Notes: generated from the letters alone by a model not told the origin. 64,000 nucleotides of DNA from Callorhinchus milii (GCF_018977255.1 NW_024704742.1:117306001-117370000); one strand, 5' to 3'; positions 12,401 through 27,016 are shown, numbered from the stretch's first letter. Made by a program: numbers and translations.

Positions 12401-15229
12401 CCAGAGCCTGAGGTGTTGAGGCGCTGGCGCGAGCCAAGTGAACAGTGTTAACATAAATAGCCTTTGCGACCAGATTAATTTAATACCCTGCTCTGGATAA
12501 ATTGGTTGTTCAATGCTTTGACCGTGCCTTTGGCAACCCTCCTACCCCTGCCCTCCACCCCTCCTGATCCCAACCCCCTGCTTGGGTCCAAATCTCTGAC
12601 CAGCGACCAGTGCCCTGGGACGTCCTCCCGACATGAAGGGCACTATACAAATGTAATGTGGATGGTTTGGAGGGTTTCTCCAAGATTGTTGGCTAAAACA
12701 TGGGAAGAAGTTGCTCTTTTTGAATAGTGTCATGGGATCTTTAATATCCTCCTGAATCCCCCAGACAATGCCTCAACTTATTGCCTCATCCAAATGGGAT
12801 CTCTGACAATACAGCTCTTCACTAGCACCATACTGCTGTATCAATGTAAACTGATAAGTTGCTGGAAAATGTACATTCTTTACTGTTACGTTATTGTGAA
12901 CAGAACAGAAATACAAACAAAAACACTTTAATAATGTTTGTGTTGGAAAGAGAGCTTGCGATGCTTCCGCTGCTACCCCTCTGTGATATTCTAGTGTGGT
13001 TTATTGGTCCCTTGCACATGGGGGGCATGCTTGTTTTTAATTAACAGAGCCAAGTTCTTGTTGTTTCACAAAGTACTTCTGTAGTACCCAGGATGTTCCT
13101 GAGAAATTTCTTCAGCTTTTAATAGATTTAAGTAGCAAAACCTTCCTTTGTAGACCAGCTAAGATCAAATAACCTATTTGATGCTGGGCTTTTCATTATT
13201 CTAAGAATTTTTGAAAGCTGCTCAGCATCCATGCCGTGTAAATCCAGTCCTGTATGAGTCTGGTCCTTGGAGACTGGTTTTGTACTCTTTGCCAGAGCAC
13301 TGTTAGAGCACTAAAACTATAACATTAGTTTGGAAGAATTGAAAAAGGCAAGGTTTGTTATCTAGAAGCTTCAACGCCACCGTTATGTGATTGAAATATT
13401 CTCCTCTACAAAGCCATTTTCCATCAGTTCTGTGCAGAGGAGTCCACCCTGGTGTCTGAAGCACAGAGATTTCAGATGGAATTGCTGGATTAAGGAATCC
13501 CAATTGAAATCTCTGTATTTTAGACTCTGGTAGCTTGACATTATACAAGATGTGTATTTTGCCTTTTCCGATAAATTCGCTTAAAAAATGTATAATATAT
13601 AAAAACAAAGGATGATAAAAGAATGTACTTCAGTGAGCATTCCAGCTGCTCTGTGAGACTTTCTCTGGTGCCACTTTAGCATAGGTTTTTGGAGCAGGCT
13701 TTTCTGGCAGCTATAAAACCTCAACACAGTGTTCCACACTTCGTTCATTAAATCTTGTTTCCCTCTCTCCCCCGCCCCCCCCATCCAGTTGGTATGGACA
13801 ATATGCCTTAGGGTAGGTATGCAGTCAGCATTTCTCATCTGTTATCACTATCAACAACATTCAAACTTTAGTTAAGTGGGAGTGTTTTCATTGCATTAAA
13901 GAAAATGTGCTAATGCAGCCGATTCTCTTGAGGTATGTGCTTGCTTGAACCACTGCAGCACTTTCCATTCTATAGCCAGATCAGTCACTTTCCTTTATTC
14001 ATCATCCAATTTATCCTCCTCTTCTCCTGAAGTAATTTGACCTGTTTTTCTTTCATCTGGGGTACATTTCCATGAATGCTGCTAACTCCTCTTAGGGTTA
14101 TTATTCATAGGGGCCTTTGGATGTAGATATTGATAGACTATTTGAATACAGTGGGGGCATCACAGCCAAACCCTGTCCTGTCTTCATCTGAGGCCTAAAA
14201 TTGCACCTCGTTTTAGCCTACAATTCCATTTTGTCTTAAAATTTAAGTTCACTCAGAATTGTGGAAAAAATTTTAATTTAGGTTTAATTTGAAATCCTGT
14301 TTCTGCTTCTAAGAAGTTTTTGTCAAGAACCAGTTTCCAAATTAATATTGAATTTCAGAATTTGTCACAATTTTTCACAATCTTAATTGTTAGACAAAGT
14401 GATCTTGCAGACTAAAATCAGATGGAAATTTGAGCATATCCATTTATGCACCTCCCAGCAGGAATCTCTGAATAGCTATTGGTGGACCTGGTTGATTTTT
14501 TTACCCTCATCCCTATCCCAATGGCACTCGGGCCAAATCTCGTATCCTAACTGCTAACCCCACTGACATAGAATATTACAGCACAGAAGGAGGCCATTTG
14601 GCCCATCGTGCCTGTGCCAGCTAACTCAGTAAAGAATTTAAACCTGTGCCTTCCGGTGTGTAGCTTGATGCTATAAAACCAGAATGGTCTCTATCCAATC
14701 GACCACAGTTAATATTGTGTGCTTTTGTAATTGTGATTATCTTGGAGCCATGGAGGGGATGGAGAGTGTGGATGTTTGTATTTTCATGCAATATAATAAG
14801 AATCCTTACATTTGATATAACACCTATTATCAACATCTCAAGGCAGGAAATTTGCACACAGGATTGTCCTACAAACAGCCGTAAGGTGAATGATCAGTTT
14901 TATCTCGAGGACCTTTGGCAAGAACCTGGGAGAACATGCCTTCTCTTTTGAATGATACACGATACGTCGTTTTTGGTTTGGGGCATGTTTGGAAACATTT
15001 ACTATGCTCTGTATTGGTCCTATTTAATGCTAGAGGCTTTCCCAGTTTGTATCCTACGTCATGTAATGTGTTCGGGTATAACAATGTGAGGTATTGTCTA
15101 AACATTTCCTGTTAGTCATGTGCATGAGAAAACATCCTGTTGACTTTGTTATAAATAAGAAACCAAGCATTTAAAATTAGGGGTAGGAAGGAGAGATGTT
15201 ATGTTAGTGACACTTATGACTAACGTGAA

Positions 15230-15460
15230 TGTTCCAGTTAGATTCCCAGACCCTGCAGATCTGGTTAATGTTGGATGAGATTTACAATTGTTCTCCTCAC
15301 CCCAGGGAGGGGAAATATCAACCACTGATCGCTAGTCAGTGACCTGCTGCTGAGGACAGGATCAGGCTTGACTGTAATAGTCCACATGTTGTCTAGATTC
15401 ACACATGGAAAATGGCTAATTGAGCCCCATTGGAACTATATCCCAGCAAAGGTCTGTCAG
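15230..15460 (+). mobile_element. LF-SINE-like relic
   Basis: GGGAGGGGAAA..CTGATCGCTA.TCAGTGACC..TGAGGACAGGATCAGGCT..TCACACATG.AAAATGGC. Confidence 0.6.
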
Positions 15461-18299
15461 GAGGAGAGACAGGGGAGGGGGTGGATGATGAGATGTTCCA
15501 GTAATTTAAATCCCCCTTTTACCATCTTGCTGCTAAAAGGGACTTTGCATTAAATATGGATTGCTTCTACCCATTTAAGTCTGGCTTCTCTCGCTGTAGC
15601 ATTGATACCACTTGCTGCACAACATGTCAGTGTCTCACAGTTGCTTCCCGCATTTCCTGGTTGGAGTCCTGGGGGACATTTGTTTTGCATCCCATGTCCA
15701 TACTGTCTAATCGTCCAGATGTTTTTAAATGCTCTTTTCTCCTTCCTTAAAAAGTGGTTGTAATAGGAGAATGCTGATTCAAATACCATTTACTGAGACA
15801 GTTCTTAGATATCTAACACATTGGATATGCTGCCCTCAGTTTTAAAACAAATATTTTTTATTGGTGCTGTTTTGGGAATGTTGCAGTATTTGCAATTACT
15901 GCAAGCACATCTATATATATATAATAATAATACTTGCATTTGGTACAGCGCCGTATTACATCATCGAGACATCTCAAAGCACTTCACAGGATGTAGTACA
16001 AAGTCAATTCACTTTGTATTTTATGGGCAAAATAATCCTTGCATTTGATATAGCATCGTTCATGTTAGGAGAACATCTCGAAGTGCTTTCCAGGATTCAT
16101 AGTAAAGTGGAGTGACTGTGTATTGTGTAGGTGACTGGGCTTTTTGTTTTGCAGATGTAGCTAACTCTTGGTTTGTGGTACTATATTTTCAAGCTGAGGG
16201 TTCAGCTTGCTTATCTCTTTGTCGAGGCTAAGTTTTTAATTTTTTATTTTTCATATTGAATTTCATTTTGCGCAAAATGTCCGAATGCAAATATAGTGAA
16301 ATCAAATGGATCGTGAAAACTATAAGGTATTTATTTTCATCTCTTTCCCCCCTCCCCAAAGAGAAACAGACTTGGGTGTGTGCCTTGCGTGTTATTACAG
16401 TGTTATTACAATGTTTGTCTAGTGTCCCTATGGAGTGCAATTTTTGGTAGAAAATTTAATATTTTCTAAAAAAAATGTTTTGTCTAAAATGCAGTGAAGG
16501 TTGTTAAAATGTAAGAAGACTTGGATTGATTTATCCACTTAGCTCCACATAGAGCTATGGGTTAGGAGTAGTCTTTCCATTATGTTGGTTTAACAGAAAA
16601 TGTCTTGACCCAAATTTCAGAAGAGCATGACATTCCCTTCCCTACATCCATGAGTTTCCTCTGCCTCTCAGTGATCTATGTTGAGAAATAAGAGTTATTT
16701 CAGGCTCCCCTTGTAGATCAGTGGGAAAAGCTGGTGCCATCAGTACTGACCACGGAGGGTCTTTCCCAGGTTCAATTTGTGGTCCTACATATATGTTAAC
16801 TGATCTTGGGTAAAGCATGTTGACAGCTCCACAGTTAGAGCCCATGTTCTCAGAGTGGACCGTGGGTGAGATTGGATCAGGGATGGCAAAGACACCACAG
16901 TTGAATATCCCGCTGACACTATCAAGGTGAACTCGTGTAGAACGGACACAACGCTGAGTTACTGAAAGACTCTCGGTGCCTGTAGAACTGTAGCTGCTTA
17001 TTAATCTCATACTGTCCAATTCTATGGTTCTGATCAGATGATTTGTTTTGATACAATAGTTTACATTTATACACTCCCTTTCCCATTAGGAGGATGTTCC
17101 AAAGCACTTGACTGTTCTGGCTGGGTACTGGAATGGATGAACTGACTGTGAGAGTTGAGGTGGGGAGTGTTGTGAAGAGGGGAAAATTGATCAAAAGCAT
17201 GTTCCAAACAATATGTTTTGAGGTGTACCTTGAAAGAGGGGAGGCAAGAAGCAAGTTTGAATTTGCATCTGTGAATGAAGTTCCAGAGGAGCAGGTGCTA
17301 AGTGGCTATAAGCACATCTGATAGTGAGGGAGACGTGGAGTAGGCCAGTGTTGGCAGAGTGAAGAGAATGGCTGGGTTAGTATGGGTAAAGGAGGTGGCA
17401 GAGGTAGGGAGGGGTGAGACCATAGAGAGATTTAAATGTGAGGATCTTGAATTCAATCCGCTGGGGGATGGGGTTCACTTGAATTTGAATGCCTTTTTTT
17501 TGTCTGACACGTGCGAAAATTCATCACCATGCTTAAGAATATCCAAACCAAGCTGAGATTTCCATGCATCCCACCTACCCATGGAAATCAAAGATAGATT
17601 ATTGAAATAGAATGGGCATTCTCTCCCTGGAGGGACGCATCCAGCTTACCTAATTCCGGAAAGTATTAGGTGCAGATTGGCAAGAGCCAAGGCCATTCAC
17701 ATGGAAACATCTAAGATCGATCTTTTGAATGTAATGCCCTGTCACCTTGCTGTGCTTTGAGAAATTGATCAGTGCCACAGTGGAATTTTCTAAAACTTCT
17801 TCCCCTATAATTGTCATAAAAGTTGGTGTTCCACAGGAGTTCAGCATTTTAAAAAGTGTCCTTGATCTTGAGTCATGCTGCCATTTGGCCAGTTGCCACG
17901 CTTAGGTGGCCTATGGCCAGGACTATTCATGGATTCACCTCTCACCTCTCCCATTAGTTGAACCACTTGGCCTTGGGAGTATAAAGGCCAAAATGCTGTC
18001 TGCAAACCAAGTTCCTCTATCAACAGACTGATGTTAGTTATAGATAGGTATTTATGAACACAAAGCCAGTTTACTCAATAAAATGTTTGGATCAGGTTTC
18101 CTGTAAAAACACTTGTCCCAATTAAGAGAGGCTGTGGAATAAATACAGTTATAAGGATGTTATAGGCACTTGCCAATCACTTATTCTCAGGTGCCAGTTC
18201 TGGGCACAAAGCAGTGAAAATGTTCTGTTACTTGGGCTGCCTAGGATTTGGATATCTATGATAGGAACAAAATCCTTCTCTACTTGCTGTAGGAGTCCT

Positions 18300-18692
18300 A
18301 CAGGTTGTGGGTTCAAGTGTCACTCTAAGACCCTGAACTCATATAGTCTAGGCTGACACTTCACTTGCTGGGGTTGTGCTGCATTGTTGGAGGTGTCATC
18401 CTTCATATGAGATATTAAACTGAGGTCCCGTCTGTATGTCTTCAGGTGGGTATTAAAAGATCCCGCGGCATGATTCAAAAAGAGAATTTCTCCTGATATC
18501 CTGGCTAATAATCCTCCAAATAAAATTGGTCATTTACTTTGTGGTTATTTGTGGGACATCGTTGGGCACATATTGCCTGCCACATTCACCTAGAAATGTG
18601 CATTCATTACACTCTACAGTAAATCCTGTGAAATAATTTGACGCATTTCAATGAATTGATAAGGTTATATCAAATGCAAGGATTATTATTAT
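18300..18692 (+). mobile_element. Older DeuSINE (SacSINE1/AmnSINE-like) copy
   Basis: GGGTTCAAGT..TCTAGGCTGACACT..GTGCTGCATTGTTGGAGGTG..GATATTAAAC.GAGG.CCCGTCTG, then the same 3' tail as the young SINE. Confidence 0.65.
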
Positions 18693-18896
18693 ACAGCAAA
18701 TCTATCCCAGCTCCATGGGGAGCTGCAGTCACAGTGCATCAGTGAGAGAGGGAGTGAATCTTGACTTGATTTGCATCACTTTGAGGCATATTAGTAATAT
18801 TGGTGAAGATGCCTGACACTTTGGTCAAGTGAACCATCAAGTAACACTTAATAGGTGTCTGGTTTTGAAGAATAACTTTTTTTCTTTTTCTTTCAG

Positions 18897-18973
18897 ATCT
18901 TTTATCCCGAGACAACAGATGTTTACGATCGAAAAAACATGCCTCGGGTAATATACTGCATACATGCGCTAAG
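18897..18973 (+). CDS. IQGAP2: IQGAP2 exon (CH domain), IFYPETTDVYDRKNMPRVIYCIHAL
   Basis: polypyrimidine tract then ttcag|, |gtaact donor, 77 nt. Confidence 0.96.
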
Positions 18974-21695
18974 GTAACTAACTGAGAACGTGATAGGAAT
19001 TGCTTCATTATCTATGTTCCCGTGAAGCCGGTGGTAGATTTGCTGTAAATCTTTCTTTGTCTTTGTGCTGTCACCTGCGCAACACAAATGTGGTCTGTTC
19101 CAGAGAGTGAAAAGGTGATGAGGATAAAATAAATTTTTTATGAAACTGTATCCCAATAAGCATGACTTCAAAAATTAAGCCCATTTATGATAGTGGTTTG
19201 GGAATTAATGGAATATGGCATTAAAAAGGTATCTCTTTGTCCGTGCATTTGGTTACCACCCATAAATTCTCCTTTTTCTCCTTCCATGTTCGATGATTCC
19301 TATTGTCTCCGTGAAGCGATTTGCAGCTTTCATCCTAAGTGAAAGATACTACATAAGTGCTCGTTGTTGTGTGGCATAAAGTTTATGATGTCAATCTCTG
19401 ATCCAGCAACAGTATGATATTGATGAAAATTGCCTACCGCTTTTGTGACTAAATCTAACCAACTGCAAAGACTGAACCTGCTGTTGGGAGTCTATTGGTA
19501 GAAAATGCAGACATAGGCATGTTGTCATCCATGACCTTTGACTTCAGCTTGTCAGCTTCTCTGCAGAATTACCACTGCACTAATTTAGCATGTAGCACAA
19601 CACACTTGATCTCAGCTTTTGCTTGGCCATTTCCACTCTTATCTCCGGAGGGAGCTTTCCTCCCTGTCATCGTCCTGTAATCTGGACCTGCATGAAGCAG
19701 CCAGAATGGGACCATGAGTAATGTAAATGAGATTTCACCTTTTAAAGTGAAGTGCTGCATCTCTCAAGGTTTCCTGTTGCTGCAGGTACCAGGCTTCTGT
19801 TGTATCTGCTTTTACTCAGATTGCCCACTTCCTGGCTCAGTTGAACATTTCCTGTCCGTTCTTTTGTCATCAGTCACGCTGTAATATGAGATGTGAACAC
19901 AGCAAGCTGCTTAATCTGGTCCTCGTTTCTGTGAGTTTAGCCCAAGTTTGCACAGGTACATCAAGAACAGAGGTTGTTTTTAAAGTAATGGAGTCTAATT
20001 TTCTAAATCTGGCAAATGGAGAACAAAATCACCTTCTATCAACTTTCTGGCCTTCTTAGTGACTTTCGGAAATCACAATGATCCTTTTTGCAAGTATTGC
20101 AAACTAGGGCCCAATATCAATAAGGGATTTTAGTCCCAATTTCCAACATTCATTACAGCAACAACAACAAAATTACATTTGTATAGCGCCTTTCACGTCA
20201 GGAGGACAACCCAAGGCGCTGGGAATTGGACAATAACGACTTCTGAAAGTCACCTAAATACAAGGGAGGGCAAAACTGAAATGGTATTAAACTGAAAATA
20301 ATTGTGATCACCTATTCGCTGCTATTATCTTCAATCCCACAATCTTTGCATTGTTCCATTTTTCAATTGAGGAGTTTAATAGGGAGTATTTCTTCTAAGA
20401 GGAAGAATAATCTATACAACAGTTGCAATGTAAACACACAATTTTACAATTTGCACTTGTATAGATAGAATTTTACATGAGGAATAAATACCTCGAAGCA
20501 AAGAATTATTGTCTTGAAGTGCTGAAATTCAAATATATATTTTGAAAACGACTCTTTTTTATGAGTCACCTTTGAGACCATGCATTTTTAGAGTTTTGTA
20601 GCGACAGCTGTTTTTTCTATGACAAAAGAAAGTCATTTCCTTTGAATGTTGAAAGGGAGACCGAGGGTGAAAATGTTTCCCTGATCGATGTACACGTCAT
20701 TGGGGTATATATTAAAACCTTTCAGTCCTGTTTTCTGAATAAAAGTAGGTTGCAGTGCCCAGGCACACTTTACAGTATGTACATTTTTATGAGGATACAG
20801 CAAAATTAAATTGTATCTGAATTGCTGTGATGTATTGAAAATCTCCTTATTTCCACAGGGAATTCCTTGAATAGAGGGGATACTAATGAAAAATAAGTGC
20901 CTATTGTTGGATCCCATCAACCCCTCTATGCAAGGATTTCCAATATCTCACAGGATAAACATTACATCACAACAGCCCCATAAGACACCCCCATGATGTC
21001 TGTCTCAGACTCTTAGGGGACACGTTAGCTATGGAAAGGATTACATATGCCCTTAAACTGTGCCTCAGCGTGGTTCAGACTCTTTCAATCAGTCAGAGTG
21101 ATAGCAAAACATTGTGAAATAACAGATGTCCCCATGGATTGTGAAGTCTCATGAATGCCGAGTCCAAGACGAGGAGAAATCTCCTTCCTGTCCAGCCTTC
21201 TTTGCTGGTTGCTGAATAAAGCTCTAACTCTGAGGCGCTGTTGTTGGTTTGGTGCCTGCTGTTCAGGAATGCGTTTACAGAACATCCATCATGTTAGATA
21301 TTAAACCTGACTGTACCTTATGAAAACGTGAGTCAAATGAAGGAAATGGATAGGCTCTTCAGTTTCTGAAGACAGTGTATTTGAGGGTGAAATGAGCATT
21401 TATTATGCAAGCCAGTTCTGTTCCCCAAGATCCCTATGGTCTCAAATTTCAAATACGTGGTGGCCTTACAACTAACCATTGTTTCATAAAACAGAATGGG
21501 TGGAACATTCTGATGATGTGAAAACAAGTATTGCAACCTACAGAGCGTTTCTTAAGGAAATTCCTCTCCCACCAACACACAGCACCAGAAACAGATAGAT
21601 TCTCAGGGGACATATTATCTCTGGACACGTTAACATTACTATAACTATGAAACCAATCTTCAAACCATCAGGCACTGGGCACCATCACTGTAAAG

Positions 21696-21828
21696 CAGTG
21701 GTGGCCAACATCTTTGGTTGGCCAACAAAATAAATGTTTCTTCATTGAATATTTCTTGATTTACGGCATAAATTTATGCTATTTCTAAAATAATTTTGTT
21801 GGCAAACCAAAAACATTGGCCACCACTG
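21696..21828. mobile_element. hAT-type MITE, 133 bp
   Basis: About 36-bp imperfect inverted ends CAGTGGTGGCCAA.../...TTGGCCACCACTG; flanks CTGTAAAG and CTCTGAAG (6/8 match, 8-bp TSD-like). Confidence 0.75.
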
Positions 21829-23087
21829 CTCTGAAGAGAAGAGTTACAAATGAGGCCTCTGTGTTGGCATTCTCCTCGCATCTTTAATCCTGGGATCCAG
21901 ATAGTGCAGCACTATCAGAAATAAAATTGGGAGGTAGACCAGCGGTTTCTATAAATGGGGCTGTCATCAGCTTCCTGGAACACGCTAAACCTACCCCAAG
22001 TCAGTCCCACCTACCAAAATAAACTCTTCTCACCTCCTCACCATTCTTTTAGCTTTGTGCTCATCTCGGCCCCGCTACTGCCACTCTCAATCACTACCAG
22101 TGAATAACCACTTACCGAAGTGTGACTGAACCATGCGTTGATTCTCTATACTTTTATAAGCCGCTGAAGCCCCCTTGACGAGCCTGATAGCAAGTGTCCA
22201 AGAGAACTCGTGTGTGGTGGGTGGGTGTCTTACTGGAATGGTTTCTAGCCATATATTTATGAAGTAAATGTAAAATTCCTTTGAATGAAAGAAACTTGAA
22301 TGCTTTCATCTCGTCCCTGCCAGGGCCTTTTAAATACAGATGGGTGGTTGGTCTAAGCATTTTCCGGCCATAAGATGTACTCTTTAGCAGTGTATTAATC
22401 AGATTTTGAGATTATGGGTGTATAGTTAAATGCATGTTGGGATAGTGCAGCTTTGAAGTGTTTGTTCCAAGTCAGTGTCTGAGCAATGCTGAAAAATATT
22501 TATTTGTTTCATTTTTATATGTTTTTTTCTTGCAAAAAAAGTTAGCAAAATCCATTTGTCAGTGACAGGGATATGGGGTAAGGGCAGGTAAATAGGACTG
22601 AAAACTTGCTCTTAAGAGCCAGCACAGAGATGATTTGTGCTGTACAGCTCTATGGTTCTAATCTAGACATCAAACGACATATGATTGGTGTGTGAGGTGT
22701 CACTATACACTGAGACTCTGCTTCAATCCCTCCACCTTGTCCCATTCTTGTCAATCTTCAGATCACACCTGAAAACTTTCCTCTTCAACTGTGCCTGCAG
22801 TCACCTCTCCTCTACCTGGCTCAGCATCACTCTTAAGAGCTCCCAAGACATTAACCTGGTGAAAGACACGAGATAAATGCAAGCTGTTGTTGATGGTGTG
22901 TTAATAAGTACTCTGTGATGGCAAGGAATCTCAGATCCCCATTGTGGACTGTCAGAAGTTGTTGCTCTATCAGCAGATGATTAGTATGCAGTGTTATTCA
23001 ACTTCCGCTCCAGAAGCCTAGAAAATATAGTCATTACACTTCACAATGTAACCTGCGAAGCACTTTTGAGACATCCCCCTAACTTGA

Positions 23088-23678
23088 ACAACAACAACAA
23101 CAACAAGATTCCATCTATAGAGTGCCTTTCACGTCGGGAGGACGTCCCAAGGCACTGTACAGTTGGGTCAGGACCCGAGCAGGGGGGAAATGGTCAGGGT
23201 GAAGGGAGGGAGCGAGGAGGGGGTAGAGAGTCGAGAGGGGAGCTGAAGGCACGGTCAAAGAGAAAGGTCTTGAGACCGGCCTTGAAGGAGGAAAGGGAGG
23301 AGGCAAGGCGAAGGCACTGGGGATAGAGTTCCAGAGCCTAGGGCTGAGAGGCTGAAGGCCCGGCCACCGATGGTAGGGCAGTTAGGGCGGGGGATGTGGA
23401 TCAGACCAGAGCCAGAGGAATGGAGGGAACGGGCAGGTAGGTAGGGGGATAGTAGGTCGGAGAGGTAGGAGGGAGCAAGGCCGTGAATGGCCTTGTAGGT
23501 GAGGATGAGGATCTTGAAATCGATTCTCTGGGGGATGGGGAGCCAGTGGAGGCGAGCGAGGGTGGGAGTGATGTGGTCCCAAAGCCTGGTGCAGGTCAGT
23601 ACACGAGCTGCAGAGTTCTGAATGACCTGCAGCTTGTGGAGGGAGGTGCCGGGAAGGCCGGCGAGGAGAGAGTTCCCA
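23088..23678 (-). mobile_element. L2 LINE 3' fragment
   Basis: (CAA)n tail on + strand; similar to 11633-12400. Confidence 0.85.
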
Positions 23679-24575
23679 TTGTCATAGAAGGCACTATATC
23701 AAAATTTAAAGATGATTATCTTTTAGAAGATGCCACCCATGTGTGTCTCCTCTACAGTTAATAATGGTACAAAAACGAACTTCAATTAATACAAGTGCGT
23801 TGAAATTGATTTTATTGATGGTGGCAAATTTAATTTAACAGAAAAGGCCTGTAGATACAGTACATGTTTGCATTTATAGGTTTGAGCTCCGCTCCCAATC
23901 CTGGGTCCTCATAGAATGCAACTTTGTGAGTTTTACACAATAACCTACCACATCTCCTGAGCTGAGAGCAATTGCATGGTGACTGATGACTGGCTTGGGG
24001 TTTGGGGGGGCAAGAATGATGAAATGGGAAATAATTCTATCTTGTTTTTGGCAAGTCCAATTATTATGAGCAGATAGAATTATTGTGAGCAATGGCTTGT
24101 TATGGTTGTCCATCGGTTTCACTTTTAGAGAGGTAACAAATCCCCATTATGAAACCCTACATACTTGGGGTTAGTTAGCGTGGGATAACTGGGGTTCTAC
24201 AGATTCATGTGAATATTCATTTACTACTGGACGCAGACCGTTAAGAAGCTGCTATGAGCGATCTAGAGATTAAATGGTTTTGAGCAGAGAGCTGCTTTAT
24301 GTTGCAAGGATTTTTTTTATTATTTTACTAAGAATTAGTCATTTCCCCTGTCAGAGCTCCTGTGGATTTAATTGCTTCTACAAAATTGTTGGGCCCAATT
24401 CTTTTGACAGGGTTAAAGATCACCCTGACATGTGGTTGTTAATGCTGCCTCAAACTTTTGAGAGTTAAAGCATTGTAAATCTGAAAAACTGGTGCCTACA
24501 TTCAGAGACTAGACTTAAAATATTGTTTTTGGATATATGCGAAGATTGGGATATAAACTGGGTCTACAAACTAGT

Positions 24576-24939
24576 GGAGTCCTGTAGCTCAGAGGTTAGA
24601 GCGCTCGCCATGCAAGCTAGAGATCTGGGTTCAATTCCCGGCAGGGTGAAACATTGGGCAAGTTTCCTTACTCCACACGCCTCTGTTTACCTAGCAGTAA
24701 GTAGGAATCCGTTTTTTAGTCGATCAGTAGATTCCTTTTCTTGGGGTAATAATTCCTTTTAAAAAATAATAATAAATTGGTCAACTCAATCCACGACTAT
24801 TTGTGGGTTACTGTGTGCGCAATTCGCTGCTGTGTTTCTCCCACAAAATATAGTCAATTGACTTTAGACTATATGCTGTGAAGCGCTTTAAGATGTCTCA
24901 AAGGCGTGATAAGGCGCTATATCAAATGCAAGGATTATA
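24576..24939 (+). mobile_element. tRNA-SINE long subfamily
   Basis: Complete head, internal block, core and tail. Confidence 0.9.
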
Positions 24940-25410
24940 GTCAGTCTATGTAAGGTTTGATTCTGCAATGAGAATGAGTTAATGGTGCCACCTTGTGATA
25001 ATCTCCATATTGCAGGAACAGAATTGATATGTTTGCAAGCTTTTTCCCTACCTCCTCCCATTCTCTTCTACTGTAAAGGTTTTCTCTTTGCTGATATTTG
25101 GTTCAGTAGGGAGCACGCACCCACCTGGGGCAAGAGTGTCGGCAAATGTAGTGTTTGAATTTGTGAGTCTGTTGGTGCCTGTTTAGTGTAATGCAAAAGG
25201 AGCTCTGTGGCATAGTGTATACAGATGGGGCTTAGTATCCAAGACCCCTTGTTTGCTGAGCATCTGATTTCAGCTGTCGAGCAAGAACATGGAAAGTGAA
25301 GTAGCTTGGTCTCATGGGCCTTCTTGTGAGAGTCACTCCCCAATCTGGCCAGACACTGCAAACCAGAAATGAGGAAAACAACTGAAGTGCAAGTTGGTCG
25401 TGCCTTCAGT

Positions 25411-25733
25411 TAATAATAATAATAATAATAATCCTTGCATTTGATATAGCGCTTTTCACGTCGGGAAGACGTCCCAAAGCGCTTCACAGAACACACTGTA
25501 AAGTGAATTGACTGTATATTTGTGGGCGAACGCGGCAGCCAATTGCGCACAGCAATGTCCCACAAACAGTCGTAGATTGAAAATGACCAATTTATTATTG
25601 TTTTGGTTTTGGAGGGATTATTATTAGGCGTGTGGAGTAAGGAAACTTGCCCAAGGTTTCGCCCTGCCTGGAATTGAACCCAGGTGTCTCACTTGCAAAG
25701 CGAGTGCTCTAACCACTGAGCTACAGGACTCCA
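25411..25733 (-). mobile_element. tRNA-SINE short subfamily (young)
   Basis: Nearly identical to copies at 35045, 51421 and 62897. Confidence 0.92.
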
Positions 25734-27016
25734 GATAGGAGGAAAAAAAGGTTTACCATTTGAAATAGACTCAGAATGTTAACCAGTGTACTGCTGCCTC
25801 CACAGATGGAGTGCGGATTCTATTGACAGCATGATGACTTTGTTAGGTCAGGGTATTAAGGGATATGGGGCAAGGGCAGGTAGTTTGACTTGAGGTCTAG
25901 ATCAGCCATGACCTTATAGAATGGCGGAACAGGCTCCAGTGGCTGAATGGCCTATTTATGTTTCTATGACTTAAGTGGTTGTGAGCCAGGGTCAGATTAT
26001 TAGGAATTTCCATTTTTTGAGGGAAGGAGGAAGGCAAAACATCTTGAATAAGGAGCACTTCTCTTAAACTGCTTCCAGCTTTTTTGACCAGTGCCGTTGA
26101 TTATTTTTGCAGAGATGTCTGTGAGCTGCACTGCCCAGCTCTGATGACTAAATGTGTGGGGTGATGGAGAGGAGAAGAAAATTTACTCCCGTAAAGAGTT
26201 TGTGACCACCCAGAGTATAAACTTGTGGATTTTGAATCTGGGTACTGATGGTGACTTGTGTGTTGCAGAACATTTGTTAGTTAGCGATCAGCACCCACTG
26301 AGGAAGAAAATTAGCATGGATTAACCATTCTCCAATCACAATAGGAGCATAAATGCCAGTTCAGATTGGAGAGGCAGGCATATTTTTTTCTAATGCATTG
26401 AACTGCTGTGTGTTAAGTGTGTGTGTACTTTGTCTACCTAACTTGTATCTATTGTGTGGTTAATGGAATTGAAAGACAGATCACCTTCATACTGTCAAGT
26501 GTTGTTTATTTAGAGTAATTGTAAAGTAATATAAATTACACTGTGCAGAATGGTCTCACTAACTTTAAGAAGACTTTGCTTTGGGTAGTGACTAGGTGTT
26601 GGCTAGTGATGAATGGTGTTTACTTAAAAGCGTGAAATGCTTTTCTGAAAAGGGAAAATTCGTTGTCAAAACGTGCTGAGGGGAGGAGGGAAGCTTTTAC
26701 ACCAGCAATCGGTTCTCGAGGAGTCTGGAGCTCTGCCAGTTGACAGTCCACATGTGATTAGATGTCTTGTCGTCAGTGTGTAGGTATTGTGATGACATTT
26801 ATATGTTTTTTTCTTTGCAATGTCCAGTTGTGTAAGGATAAGAGGGAGATACAAGACACAATAGATACAAGAAACGTAGACAAAGTACACACACAACTAA
26901 TGCGCAGCAGTTCAATTCATTAGAAAAAAAGTAAAATCATGAAAAAAACAGAAGCAAAGGCATCAATTGGAACATCAGGCGACTGACTGACTGCACTCCC
27001 AGATTTGTTTTGCAAA

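Noticed and set aside
25395..25412. SINE inserted after CGTGCCTTCAG, as at 1689-1705, suggesting target specificity
   Set aside because: Only two cases with different offsets; the other copies have unrelated flanks.
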